From: Pavona decussata
Taxonomy: Eukaryota
Length of the DNA: 64,000 nt
NCBI GenBank assembly: GCA_977016875.1
Contig: CDRNST010000067.1
Span: 558,001 to 622,000 of the forward strand
Direction: 5' to 3'
Made by a program: the position numbers and the translations under genes. Below the pieces are notes generated by a model. The model made no database searches and was not told the origin of the DNA. It saw only the letters and a list, made by a program, of their open reading frames with translations. Of this stretch, positions 38,997 through 51,047 are shown piece after piece. Within the stretch, counting starts at the first letter, position 1, and every line of letters begins with the position of its first letter.

Positions 38997-39020
38997 AACA
39001 GCGGCTGGTAATCGAGCCTA
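38997..39020 (-). repeat. Internal exact copy of the AcademH terminal 24-mer
   Basis: aacagcggctggtaatcgagccta, identical to 43581-43604. Confidence 0.85.
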
Positions 39021-40050
39021 ATCTACTGAAGGGAGCCATTTTGTCTAAAATACTTAAAATGTACCTTTCTACAGAAAGCTTTATCAATGGGACACAAATC
39101 TTTCTTTTTTTCTCTCGATATGTTAAAGGACCCTAGTCAGCCTCCGCGATTTTCAATGTTATTGAAATTATTGATATTGCTGTTTTTGCATGGTGAAGTG
39201 AAATCGTATTGCTTAACTGTAAGTTGTGTTCCTGGCAAGCCATAAAACTGACTTTCTTTGCACCCTGTTCTTATGGTAGGTTGTCTGCATTAGGTAAACA
39301 TTTTTAATTGTTAATTAATTTAATGAACATTCTTTGTACAATACCCTCAAGGCCTTACAGTATAGGCTTAAGTTAACATAGACTTCAATGAAACTGATTC
39401 TGATACAGCTTTACCACCCAATAAAGAATATTGTTTCGCAATAATTTCAAACATTTTTCTAAAATTTTACAACCGATATGAACAGCTTTTTGACACAAGA
39501 AATGGGATATTTCAACAGACCATTCACAACACTGTTTATTTACAACAATTCTGTTTACCCAACAGACTTAGTAGCCTCTTGTTCCAAGCAAGACTAGATG
39601 TGGATCAGCTGAAAAATACCAAGCCACATTTCCATCTTGTACCTAATGAACTATATCACAATATTACAAGTACTTTCTGCTTGGATTGGATGTCTAAATC
39701 ATCTCACTGTTGAAAAAACCTAAAAAGGCGTTTGACCTTTGCAGGGATAATGAGCTGGCAGACCCGCGACACCATGGAAATCGAGCCTATGACAATAATA
39801 TTAGTAATTTGCATATTTGTGAGTTGATGTACAGTAATCTGATCCAGTTTTCTAACTAAACCAAGGTTTTTTTAAAAATCTGATTTCTTACTTAAAGCAA
39901 CATGTACTTGTCCAGGTTAAGAAAAAAGGAAACAAACACCAGACATCATGATACTGTTTTGACTGCTTCAGTAATCCCTAACAGCTAAATATAAAAATGT
40001 AAAGAATATCATGACATTTGTGGGTTAACGGATTGAACAAAACCTTCAGT

Positions 40051-43000
40051 TTACTCAACGTCAGAGCCGGACTTTTCTTCATTGGCTGCAAAAAGGCTAT
40101 CCTCAGGAGTATAAAACATTTCTTCTTGAATGCCAGCCAAGACAGAATCCTCAACGTCAAAATCAAAAATGTCCAGATCAGCAAACTCTGATGTGTCACT
40201 GTGTTCAAGCTCTTCAACAGGTTCACACACATCAACATCATGGAAGACTTGGCTAAGGTAAACAAAACTTCTAAGGTCACACTTAAATTCCAAATGTCAA
40301 CAAATTTGAAAATGTCAGTGACACTGAAAATGTTCTCACAATTGGTACAAATCTGTTCCACATGCAGATCTCCAAATGCACCATACAACTTTGCAGGAGT
40401 AAACAATGGCACGTTTTCAAGTCTTACTCTGCGCAAATATTGCCCTCTCAAGGCTTTCTTTAGGTAATTCAACTTTTGACGTAGATTACCCCTCTGAGCA
40501 TCACTCACTCCTCTAGAAATACAATCTGTTGGTCCCTCTTGGATATCTGTTAACTGTGACTGAAAGAAAACAAAATCACAACAGCCCCCCTGGCATTTAC
40601 AGTTTTTCTTGCAAAAGTCATAACAGTTATGCGCTGGTTCAGCTGAAGGCAATTTTTCGAAGTCAACATCAAAGTTTTTAAGGAGTAATTTCCTTCTGCA
40701 TGTAGATGTTTCCCGCGCATAACTTTTTATTTCCTCAGAACAGTGCTTCATCATAAGGCTTGAGTAGAGAACCACAGACTTGCACATCTCATCGTTTGAC
40801 CTACCAGCCCTGCCGCTTTCTTGCAGATACGTTTCAAGGTTGTAAGAAGGGCCATAGTGCAGAACTGTCTTGACATTCTTGCAATCAATGCCCATGCCAC
40901 AGGCAATGGTGGCTATCAAGACACGGACTGAGCCATTTGGTTTTCCCATTGACTCCAAAATATGATCTCTATTGAGATCATCAATTCTATTGTGGAACAT
41001 TTCCACAGTCCTCTTCTTAGGGTCACCAGAATTGCCAATGTACGTCTCATCACCAAGTTCTGACACGAAGAAAGAATACAAAAAAGTGGTGACTTTAATT
41101 GTCTGGCAATATATTATTGTCCTCTCAGTTAATCCTTTTTGTTCCCGTAACTCTTTAACTAATGCCTTGAATGTTTGAGCAGGATCAGGGGTGATAACTT
41201 GAACAGCATAACTTATGTTACTTCTGTTTGGGCTATCCATTATCAATGCTGGGCTTTTCATCTCAAGAGACTGCATGATCTTGAGTCTTGTGGAAGTGTT
41301 CACTGTAGCAGTCAGTGCAATCAGGGGAACTTTACCGACGATTGAGAGGATCTAGTTTATCTGGCCAAACCATTTTCTAAAAGCCATTTCTCCTCTCTTC
41401 ACTGCATAACCGCTGAAATGAAAACATACAATAACATGTTAACTGGGGTGTAGCGTGGTTTTTCCAGTTAGTTATGCACAGGAAGGAGTAGTGAAACAAT
41501 CACAGAAGACACAAGCCTCTAGGGTGTGCTCTCTGAAATCTTTTTTTATGATTTTCAGGGGGGAATAAGTAAGTCAATAAAGACATAAATGAAAGAAAAT
41601 ATATATTTTTTTAGATTTTTGAGGTACACTCATGATTAAGTTAAAGTTGTGGATAGCATTTATGTTCCATTTCTACTTAGTTGTTTTTGCCATTTCCTTT
41701 GCCTCCTTTCCCTAGATATTCATAATCTCAAACACTTAAAACCAGATAGCACAGGAACTTAGGAATAATCCTAGGCAAAAAAAAATTATTCTAGCTGTAA
41801 TTTCTATCAACAACACATAATTCACGTACATGCCAGAGAGACAACTGAAGACTAATTTAATACACGTGATTATGTATATGTCTAGGAAAGGAAATATCTC
41901 TAGCACCGCGACTGGTTGTGATATATCACATGTATGTCTCAAAATAACATCTTCTTTAAAGAAATACAGCACAGCTACATTATCTTATCATACTTTGAAA
42001 CTGAATCATATAATACAAATCGATTACATGTAAGAGTGTATTCTTCATCTAGGTATTCCACGGTTTACAATCAGAATTTGTCCACATGTTAATATAAAGA
42101 ATAGCTTCGCTTTAATTAGCCTCTATTTCCGCCGTCTCTGAAAGAGTGCTTACGTCTTAAAAATAAGCTTAAGTAAATGCAAAAGGATGAGAGTCAAAAT
42201 ACAGAGGGAAACGCGTAAAGGCCAATAGACTTACCAGTGAGAAATACAGGGCGCTTTCCATTCGACCAAAAATTCCGGAATGAAATTTCGAGTATTCCAT
42301 GTGACGAATGGAACAGTATTTTCCGGTTGGTTTGAAAAAAGCCGTCCCAGTCCATCACGTACCAATTTTCGCGCGAAAATACCAAATAAACAGGGGAATA
42401 AAAAAATGGCGGACTCTTTGTCTATTTTACTTGCTTTAGAGTTGCTCGACGACTATGAAGTTGAAATAAGCGAAGTATTGGACAAGGACGACGACATAAC
42501 GCTGTTCAGTGTGGGTAGCTCCTACATGCCTAGGAATTTAAACCGAGTCCGCGACTACTTTGAGGGCACGATACCTTTCTATTTTCCTGACGAGTTTAGG
42601 GTCACTTCAGAATTTTCGCACTACTTACGAAAGTTTGCCGTGGCTCCGGTGCAAAAGTGGTGCAAAAGAACATTCAAGTCATCTGTCGCATAATAACAAG
42701 CGGAACACTGATATTGAGCAGAAGAATTAGAAGCCATGTTGAGTTAGATTTCCGGGCTCTGAGAAACTGGACGCAAGCAGGATCTAGGAATGGTTGAGTG
42801 GAACGGAATTTTCCGGTTATTCCGATTTTCCGGAATTTTAGGCCAACCTCGCGAGGTACACCCAAAATTCCGGAATGAAATTCCGGAAAATGTCTGTTCC
42901 ATTCGCTTCCAAACCCGGAATTTCCGGAATTTTTGGTCGAATGGAAAGCGCCCACAGTAAGCTTCATCAATTGCAACCAAACACAATCTCTCTTTGTAGA

Positions 43001-43436
43001 CATCGTTGCTGAGCATTGCCCGCCATCTCTTTGTAGATAAAAATGCCTCAGGTGAGCCATACACGATTTGGCATTCCCCGCGTTCCACACTTTGCTTCGC
43101 CTCTTCGCTCTCCTGTTCGTCCCCTATAAACTCGGCCTTGATTCCCACGTACTTAAGGTATCGCACTTGGTCTTGCATAAGAGATTGCAAGGGAGAAATC
43201 ACAAGTGCAATCAACTTCGCATTTGACAAAGGTCTCACTGTGTCAAAAACGATCGGTGCGGACTGAAAAATCAATGATTTTCCAGACCCCGTTGGTTGAA
43301 TAATGAACACATCTTGACCTTTAACTATGTGTTGCAGTACCTCTTGCTGAGAATCTTTTACATTTTGAAGTTTAAAGGACTTTAAAACTTGCTCGAAAGC
43401 CAAATTCATCTTATTGACATCGTCGGCCATTTTCAC
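40051..43436 (-). pseudogene. RecQ-like helicase of AcademH element (copy 2), convergent with transposase copy 2
   Basis: QPTGSGKS; ISPLQSLMQDQV; YGSPE; IDEAYCISHW|gtaag (after removing the insert); ALTAT; VLIATIACGMGID; YLQESGRAGR; CRRKLLL. In-frame stop at ~41352. Confidence 0.9.
42249..42953 (+). mobile_element. PIF/Harbinger deletion derivative inserted just after helicase motif II
   Basis: ACA|gggcgctttccattcgacc ... ggtcgaatggaaagcgccc|ACA; residual transposase-like N-terminus RNLNRVRDYFEGTIPFYFPDEFR. Confidence 0.85.
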
Positions 43437-43604
43437 AACTCTGTTTGATTTGATAATTTATGCAACAATCCTTGCCAGACGAAAATCTGCAGGCGGGAAC
43501 ATGATTGGCTGAAACCAACAAAGGAAATCACACGCTTCCAGCCGTCTTTTCAGGGGGATGAGTGCCGGCTCATTTTCCCGAACAGCGGCTGGTAATCGAG
43601 CCTA

Positions 43605-46600
43605 CCAATGCATCTCTATTTGAGTGCTGCTGTTCAGGGACAAAATTGTGTCGTAATTTTGTCGTGAGGCATGTAGTGTCTTGATTAGTGGAGTTTTCAT
43701 GTAGCGATAGTGAAGGGGAGGCTGCCAAATGGCGTGACGAGTAGCCTCCAGGGTACCAAGGAGGCTTGTTACTTCCTGTGCTGGTGATTTGGGATTGGAA
43801 AGAGCCTTTTGGCATTTCTCTTTTGGTTTGAGGATTTTATTCTCTGGGAGACTCAGAGACATTGCCAGGGAGTCTATAGAGAGGCCCAGGAATGTAAGGG
43901 ACTGAGTTGGTTCCAGTGATGATTTGTCCCAGTTTATTGTGAACCCAAGCCACTGCAGGAGGTCGAGAGTCAGTGAAGTGTTGAGTTTTCATTCCTTCTT
44001 GGAGGACCCGAGAATCAGAAAATCGTCTAGGTAAACAATAATTCGGATGCCGCGTTTCCTCAGGAAGGCAGCATTTGATTTGAGCAACTTTGTAAACAAA
44101 CTAGGAGCTATCTTTGGCCAAAGGGTAAGCCTTAGAAGGCAAAAGATTTGTCCCTCCATTAGAAGCAGGTATTTTTAAAACCTCTCATAAATGTGAACCA
44201 ATAGATAAGCATCCTTTAGATTGATGGATGTCATGAAGTCCCCCTTGTTCAGGAGGGATTTCAGGCACGAAATGTTTTCCATCTGAAAATGGTAGTGTTC
44301 TGCAAAATGATTGAGACGGGACAGATCGATGACTGGGCGGTATGAATCTTCTTTTTTGGGTACCAGAAATAATCGGCTGTAAAAGTTCTTCTTGGTAAAG
44401 GGTACTTCCCTTACAGCACCAAGTGCAACTTGTCTGGCCACCTCTGCATCCATGAATGGGACAGAGGAGTCGAGAGCATTGCCACTACTGGAGGGCTTAG
44501 TTGAACTAAAACACAACAAAGAGGTATTTGATAACCTGACACAACATTCAAAATTTCTGGGTCTGAAGTCACTTGCTTCTATCTTTCTAGGAAGTTGTTG
44601 ATCCTTGGTTTGGGGTACCCTTTTTGGGACGAAAGGGCCAGGAGTTTTTTGGTCGGTTGTTTTGATATTTGAAGGCAAATTGATTAGGCCTACGAAAAGG
44701 GTATTGGCTCTATTGGTTAGACCCAGGCCTATAATTATGTCTGTCTCCTTGGGTAGACATATGTGACCGTGCACGGGAAAACGTACCTTAACGCTTATCC
44801 GTTAAACGGTCGCTAACGGACGGATAGATAACGGATAGTTAACGGCCTGCACAGCATTCTAACGTTTTATCCTAACGTTCTAACGGTTATCTAATTGTGC
44901 CTAACGGATGATCAAAGCATGCTAACGCTTTGTTCTAACGTTCTAACGGCTAACTAAGTATGCCTAATGGATGAAGAGAAAGTTCTAACGGTTGCCCAAT
45001 TTGTTCTAACGGATGACTGGAGCCGTTTAACGGTTGTCTGACGGTTTACAACTAAGGACTTTTAACGAACGAATAGCTTAGCTTTCAGTCCGATGCTATA
45101 AACACATAATCAGGCCAAACCATTAGTAGTCTTACACTCACGTTTGTTTTTTTAAAAAAAGAATCGCAAAGTGCCGATTTCGTCAGTCGTCGATGAGACA
45201 AACATAAGTATACTTATTTCCACAGAAAGCAAAACTCAGTGATATAAACTATCACTTCCTCATCGAGATAAACAAACGCAGAACTCAAGTCCTTCGATGA
45301 TGATTATCGTGTGAGATGAGAAGTTAGTCCGAGGCTAACGTCGCTAAACGAGCGTGTAAACAATTTCACTTGCCAGTCGGGGTGAACATTTTTTATTGTT
45401 TTACTCAAATGGTTTTGTCGGTTATACTTATTTTACACAATGACTTTGTCTAGAGTTTTTTAAAGTAACTGTTTAATCCAGCTGTGGATTCGAGAAAGAT
45501 CACGCTTTCAATTTCTTGATAAAATGCGAAAAGCGGTACCTTTAGATTCATGAGTCTCGAAGCGACAGGCGTTTTGTTGGCGCTGGTTTCATCAGATAAA
45601 GTTGTTTTTGTCACATACATCTTGTTTAGAATTGGTTTCTTCTGATTCAAAGTCAGACACAACGAGACAACAGGCTATCAAAATATTCATCAAACTTCCC
45701 GCCCGAATATGGCCGTTTCTCACATCTTGGAAAATGTAAACAACTTTATGCAAATTTTTGAACCCACATTTTGTGAATTGAAACCTGCCGAATGTACCTT
45801 GATACATGTGAAGGAATTTGGATGCCTAGCACGTGACCAAAATCTTGCCAGTGTTTTCAGCGTGGCAATTCCTTTCTACGTCCGAAGGACGGCTTTTGTC
45901 AGTATTTTATAACGTTAATAGAAGCTTTAAATCTTGTAAAAGATGGTATTTTGGCTTTATCCAAGCGAACGTACTGAATATAGAAATGCGTCAAGCGTTA
46001 ATTTGCGGTACTCAGTAGACTCGCAGTGTTTACGTTTGTTCCGGGTAATCGATCTTATCGCTCACACTGGACCCGAATGAAATTTTGCAAAATTGAAGTT
46101 TCCTATTTTACCCCAAGCCCTTAACCAACGGAATTGCCTTGCATCTTTAAAGTCAACTAAACGGTTACATTTTGCGGCCGGAGACAGTAAATGCTAGAGG
46201 TAGAGTGAGGGAAAGTTCATGGTAAGTCAACAAATATGCAAATCGGAACCGAAGCGCGCTGGAGGAGAGAAGTCTGTTGAATTTACTGATTTTATTCCGG
46301 GTCGTAATTTATTTTTGTGACTTAATTTCATGGATCCGGAGCTACGATATCTTCCGTTCCTGGTTTACAAAACTGTCTGATTTCGCAGTAGAGATAGTTC
46401 CCGCGTTCCTAGCTACATCTCATGATTGTTTTGAACTAAATGGAAGCCAACTACAAGAGCCACTCTCGTTTTACACTGTGTTTAGGCGACCACATTCTAC
46501 TTCAACGCGTGTCATGCCATTCTAACCGAATCGTTACCCGTTTAACGGGTGCTGGTTTATTCTAACGGATCCTAACGGCTTCTCTAGCCGTGCTAACGGA

Positions 46601-47620
46601 TACAGATTGTTTGCTAACGGTTATGCTGTCCAGTCTAACGGTCTGATGCTAACGGCTAACGGATACATGTCTTTTGCTAACGGTTGCACTATCTGCTCTA
46701 ACGGTCCGATGCTAACGTCTAACGGTTGGGCTTACGCCTCTAACGTTCTTAAAAAAACTTTCTAACGGATGACTAACGGATGCTTAACGCTTTTGCCCGT
46801 TTAACGGATAAGCGTTAAGGTACGTTTTCCCGTGCACGGTCACATATGCGAAAGGTGGTGTGCTTTCGCTGATGTGTGAGCCAGGTTTTTGGCTAGGCGT
46901 GAGGACAAGTCAGCCTCTTTTGAGGCAATGGAAGGAAAGTCGTTGCCAAACAAGGAGCGGTTCACATTAGGGAGACACTGGTCAGCAAGACCTATTTTGT
47001 TCTTGTTGACATTTGCTAGAACCTTCTTTCTCCTCAGAACAGAGAGTTGGTGGTTTGCAGAGCCCAACAGGCATATAGTTTGTTCAATTATACTTTTTAT
47101 GTCCCCTAAGGGAACTTCTTGGCCTTAAGAAAGGGCATCATGGAGAGAACACAAAGGACCAGTAGTGTTCAGGAAGGCTCTTTGGACTGAAGCCTTTTCC
47201 TTGTCGCGGTGCTGAACAAACTTTTTGGTTTGAGGTTGAGAAATGTGATTCAAAATAGTGGGGTCCAGAGTAGGAGCATAAAGGCAATCAACTGGTGGAA
47301 CACTAAAATTGTCAAGAATATCAACCACCTGGTCATAGGAGAGTTTCCTCCTAAACTTTTTTTCTAAAAGTGCTGAAAGTTCGCTTTTGGCTCCCAAGAA
47401 GTCCGAGTACAGTCTGGGTCGTACAGAGTGGTGTCAGATTCAGCAGCAGGCGTGCTGTCTTTTGGCAGGTCGCTGCACTTCTCTGTTGACTCTAAGGTCT
47501 GGTGTGGTAGCCTAATGGCCGAGTGTGATGGCTTAATAGCCGTGAGCGGTGGCTCAAGTCATTTGCTTGTTGCTGAGTCAGAGTGCAAGTTGTCTTCATT
47601 AGAGGCCTCAGAATATTTCT
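43605..47620 (-). mobile_element. DIRS1-like retrotransposon remnant (gag-like region and RT)
   Basis: FYSRLFLVPKK..RPVIDLSRLN..FQMEN..INLKDAY; VYLDDFLI (~44020); LGFTINWDKS..P..TFLG; gag-like LSVLRRKKVL..LFG. Confidence 0.82.
44762..46844 (-). mobile_element. Non-autonomous ~2.1-kb derivative of the Sola-like family
   Basis: TA|tgtgaccgtgcacgggaaaacgtaccttaacgcttatccgttaaacgg, perfect ~48-bp TIR; retains ERGNYLYCEIRQFCKPGTEDIVAP (~46335-46410), matching the C-terminus at 34520-34600. Confidence 0.85.
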
Positions 47621-47926
47621 CAATATTATAATCAGATATAAAAGTTACAGATATTGTTGGAATTGAGTTGCAGTGTTGCAGCAAAAGTTCCTTTGGGTTA
47701 GCTATTTTCAAGTTTGGTTGAAGAGAGATGTAATGCCAAAGAATAGCTCTAATGTTTGCTAGCTTCGCCTTACTGTCACTTTATGCAAGCTGGATTTTGT
47801 GTTTTTGTATATTTTTTTTTAATAACATAATTGTCATTCAAGTTGTTTGAGCTGTTGAATGTGACACCATTGTTACTTGATTTTATTGGCTCAGTTCTTT
47901 CAACCATTAAGAGATGCAAACTTTCC

Positions 47927-49710
47927 CTAACCCCTGCCCATCTTAGTGTGTAATTTTTCTCTTATGCAATGATGCACGCCAGCTGGGAGAGGTCTTGTAT
48001 TCTCCCAGCCCGTATATCCACAAATCCAGCGCACAACCCATCTATATGCTACTGCATGTATAAGCCTAATGGCTGGTTTCCATATGATTGCGGATCGCAG
48101 ATTGCAGATCACAATGAAATCTGCGATTGTCTGCAATCATATGGAAACATACTTCTGGGATCGTCTGCGATCGATCGCAAAGATAAGGCTGGTTTCCACA
48201 TGATCTCGGATTGCAGATAGATAGAACCATGTGCTATCTCCTGCGATCGTCTGCGATCTGATCATCTACGATCAATTGCGATTGTGCGATCATATGAAAA
48301 CCAAGTTTTGCGATCCGCGATCGAAACGCATCCCATAATATTTCGAGTTCTCTTCCACGATTCAAAGCTAGTGTGTTCAATTGTAGGAACGGTCTACGTT
48401 ACGATTGTGTTTATTATTGCAGCTGCAAAGATTTTAACGACAAGAACAAAAAGGCCAGCTATTGGGACAAAATCGGGCAGAAGATTCATTTATCGGCCGA
48501 GGAAGCATAAGAACTGCATACGGTCGTTATCGAATTCCAAACCGATGTTTTCGACGGTTTTGGAGCTGGCGACGACTCGCTTTATCATGACAAACAGGAA
48601 AAGTCAATTTGCTTCCAGCAAAATTTCCGCTCTTCCACGTTCGTGATGTTCTTTGCTTTTCAGCCTACACGCTCGTGTATATTTGACGTTTTCGCTGACC
48701 AAAACGTATGCCTGCGTTTGGCTCTGCAATCGTTGCGATTATATGGAAACAGCCTTTTTTGCGATCGTCTGCAATTATTTGCGATCTGCAATCGTCAGGA
48801 TAAATAGACGAACAGAATCAAGGAAAGTAAGAGTTATTATTGGGAGTATTGACTGACAACTTTCTAAAAGTGTTCATGTTTTGACACTTGCTTCAAAGTA
48901 AAGCCTTATAGAGTAACAGTAATAAAGCTGTACTGTGTCATTTTATTTCAGAACACAAACTGACGCCATTTCAAGTAATCTTTATACTTGAATCGTGAGT
49001 ACATGTATGATGATGTGAAACCCAGGTTAGATTGCCTTTCTTTTTTTGTACAGCTGGGCTACGAAGTACACGTGCTGTTACTCAAAGGATTGTTTTTGAG
49101 AAATATTCTCTTAAAAACCACTCACATTTTCTCGGTTTGACCATCGCGGCGACGATAGCCTTCTCCAGTAGCGGCCCCTCAGTAACGGCGCAACTTACAA
49201 AAGGACCGTCCTGTTGTTCATGGCCGAAAAGTCGTCATGCTTTGTGATGCAGTTTACACGCTTGATACTTCCATCAAACGTAAGTTTTTGGTGAACTTGT
49301 GCAATTTCTTTGCAACATCTGTGTTCCAAAGCCCCCATTAAATTCTCTCGTCAGCATTCTCGACACATGCACCTACAAACAAAGGAGTGTTGAATCAAAC
49401 AAAATTGTTATCAAGCAAGAGTGACAATTTTAAACACTGATCACAACCAAATTCATCGCCTCGTTATTTCGGAAAAAAAAAGATATATCCGATTACTAAC
49501 CAAGCATTCACTGAAACATTGCCTTTGAACCGTGCATGAAGGTCAACAGGGGTACTCGTACTCGTACTAGAATCTAAAGGTCTCTATTGGCTCCTCCGCA
49601 TAGGGTTGAACGATTCCAGTGACTTTCATTTCGTCCAAGTCGCTTGACTCAGACAGATTTCCATCAGAAACAGATTCCACAAGGGACATAACTTCGTCAC
49701 TGTCTGACAT
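47927..49710 (-). pseudogene. Kolobok accessory-type protein (P2X7 intracellular-domain-like), spliced, copy 1
   Basis: MSDSDE..QPYAEEP; CREC..EHRCCKEI..CITKHDDF; AVAYRWVVRWICG..RPLPAGVHHCIREK. Confidence 0.72.
48071..48796. mobile_element. Harbinger-like MITE remnant with gcgatc repeats; absent from the duplicate copy
   Basis: Starts ggctggtttccatatgat; many gcgatc/atatggaaac motifs; copy 2 reads gcctaaaggataaata at the empty site. Confidence 0.7.
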
Positions 49711-49809
49711 TTGGGTGGAAACACCAGCAAGCAAAAAAACTTTAGCGACAAATGTTGAGAGATTGCTCTTAGCAACAAAGCAAGATATGTGGTAAACAAA
49801 TCTCTGAGG

Positions 49810-50055
49810 GGTAAGAGACAATACAACTTTCTTCATTGATAGAACCCCACAACATAGCGTAGTTGGATTCATCTGCTTCTTTCGTAGAGCCATGCAAGTC
49901 AGCACTCAAATCATTCCAGTAATCAAGTATGGCCTTTTTCTCATACCAGCCACAGCTGTTGAAGCTTTGCTTCCATAAATCTTTCCCTTACGGGCATTAA
50001 ACCATTTACATGTAGCACTTCTTTGTCTGTAACATTTGGGATTATCAGAGTCACT
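49810..50055 (-). pseudogene. YqaJ/lambda-exonuclease-like N-terminal fragment (duplicated at ~59765-60010)
   Basis: RQRS...WFNARKGKIYGSKA, then (frameshifted) NYAMLWGSINEES. Confidence 0.5.
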
Positions 50056-50059
50056 AGTA

Positions 50060-51047
50060 GTTTCAGAAGACCTTCTCAACCAAAATCACACCTTCCTTTT
50101 ACTAACAGACTTGAAGGAAATATATGACTTTGAAATCCCCTTCACGACATACTACGGCCTCTTAAAAACCATATCCGCAAATGGAAACAAAACTCTGCAC
50201 TGCAATGAACACCCTGGTCACAGTAACACCTCTCGATCCGTTTTCTACAAAAACTGCATATTCCACCTTGCTAGACAAGAGCTTCCTGGCACCTACTGCT
50301 GAGAATAGAATTCTGAATCATGGCTTCACCAAAGATAACATCCGCAATATTTACATGCTACCTTTTCACATCTTGAAAGAACCAAAATTAATCATGTTTC
50401 AGATTAAAATTATTCATAATCTACCCACACAATCTAGCTTGTTCCGCTCTGGCATAACAAACTGTGAAACTTGCCCTTTTTGTAACCTTGAAAACCAAAC
50501 ACTACTCCACATGTTGATTACGTGCAGTGTATCGTCGTTCTGGAATTGCTTTTCTAACTGGTAGCACAAAAAACTCAATTAAAAGTTAATTTTATCTGAA
50601 AGAACTATCTTATATGGCTGGCACGAAAAAATCAAACCATTGGAAATGACTTAACTATTCTCTCATTGTTGCAAAATATCATATTTTTGCTACAAGCGTA
50701 TGCAATGGCAGGCTGGACTTTGAATGTTTCTTTTTACGCCTAATTAATAAGATTGCTATTCGTCACACCATTGCGAAAAAACAAATCGTGTCAATAAATT
50801 TAATAAATTGTGGGCGAAGCTGCTTTCGTTTAGTGTAAGCTAACTGTACTTTGAGATTGTAAATATTTTAAATTTTGTAATTATTGTAGTTAAGTTGTGA
50901 ACATTGTAAGCATTGTTAGTATTGAGTACAGTAAACATTGTTAACACTGTAACTATAGTATGTAATGTTGGTATTGTAAGTCAAATTGTAATCATTGTAT
51001 TTTCATTATATGTGCTCTATGTCAATAAATATATTCATTTAAAAAAA
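50060..51047 (+). mobile_element. L1/Tx1-like LINE 3' end (zf-RVT region, 3' UTR, polyA)
   Basis: FQIKIIH..CPFCNLENQTLLHMLITC; aataaa..aaaaaaa at 51025-51047. Confidence 0.8.

Larger units (their letters stand above)
37050..43604. mobile_element. AcademH-type transposon (convergent transposase and helicase; right terminus at 43604)
   Basis: Convergent gene pair; terminus reads TAGGCTCGATTACCAGCCGCTG on the minus strand and truncates the adjacent DIRS ORF. Confidence 0.78.

Noticed and set aside
39978-43436. Host RecQ/WRN/BLM gene
   Set aside because: Minimal helicase next to an Academ transposase and terminus, with a stop and an insertion.
44780-45070. Telomeric or CRISPR repeat
   Set aside because: Irregularly spaced 6-7-bp motifs inside TIRs; not (TTAGGG)n.
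47927-49710. Host P2RX7 receptor gene
   Set aside because: Only the Cys-rich intracellular-like domain is present, as in Kolobok accessory proteins; no channel domains.
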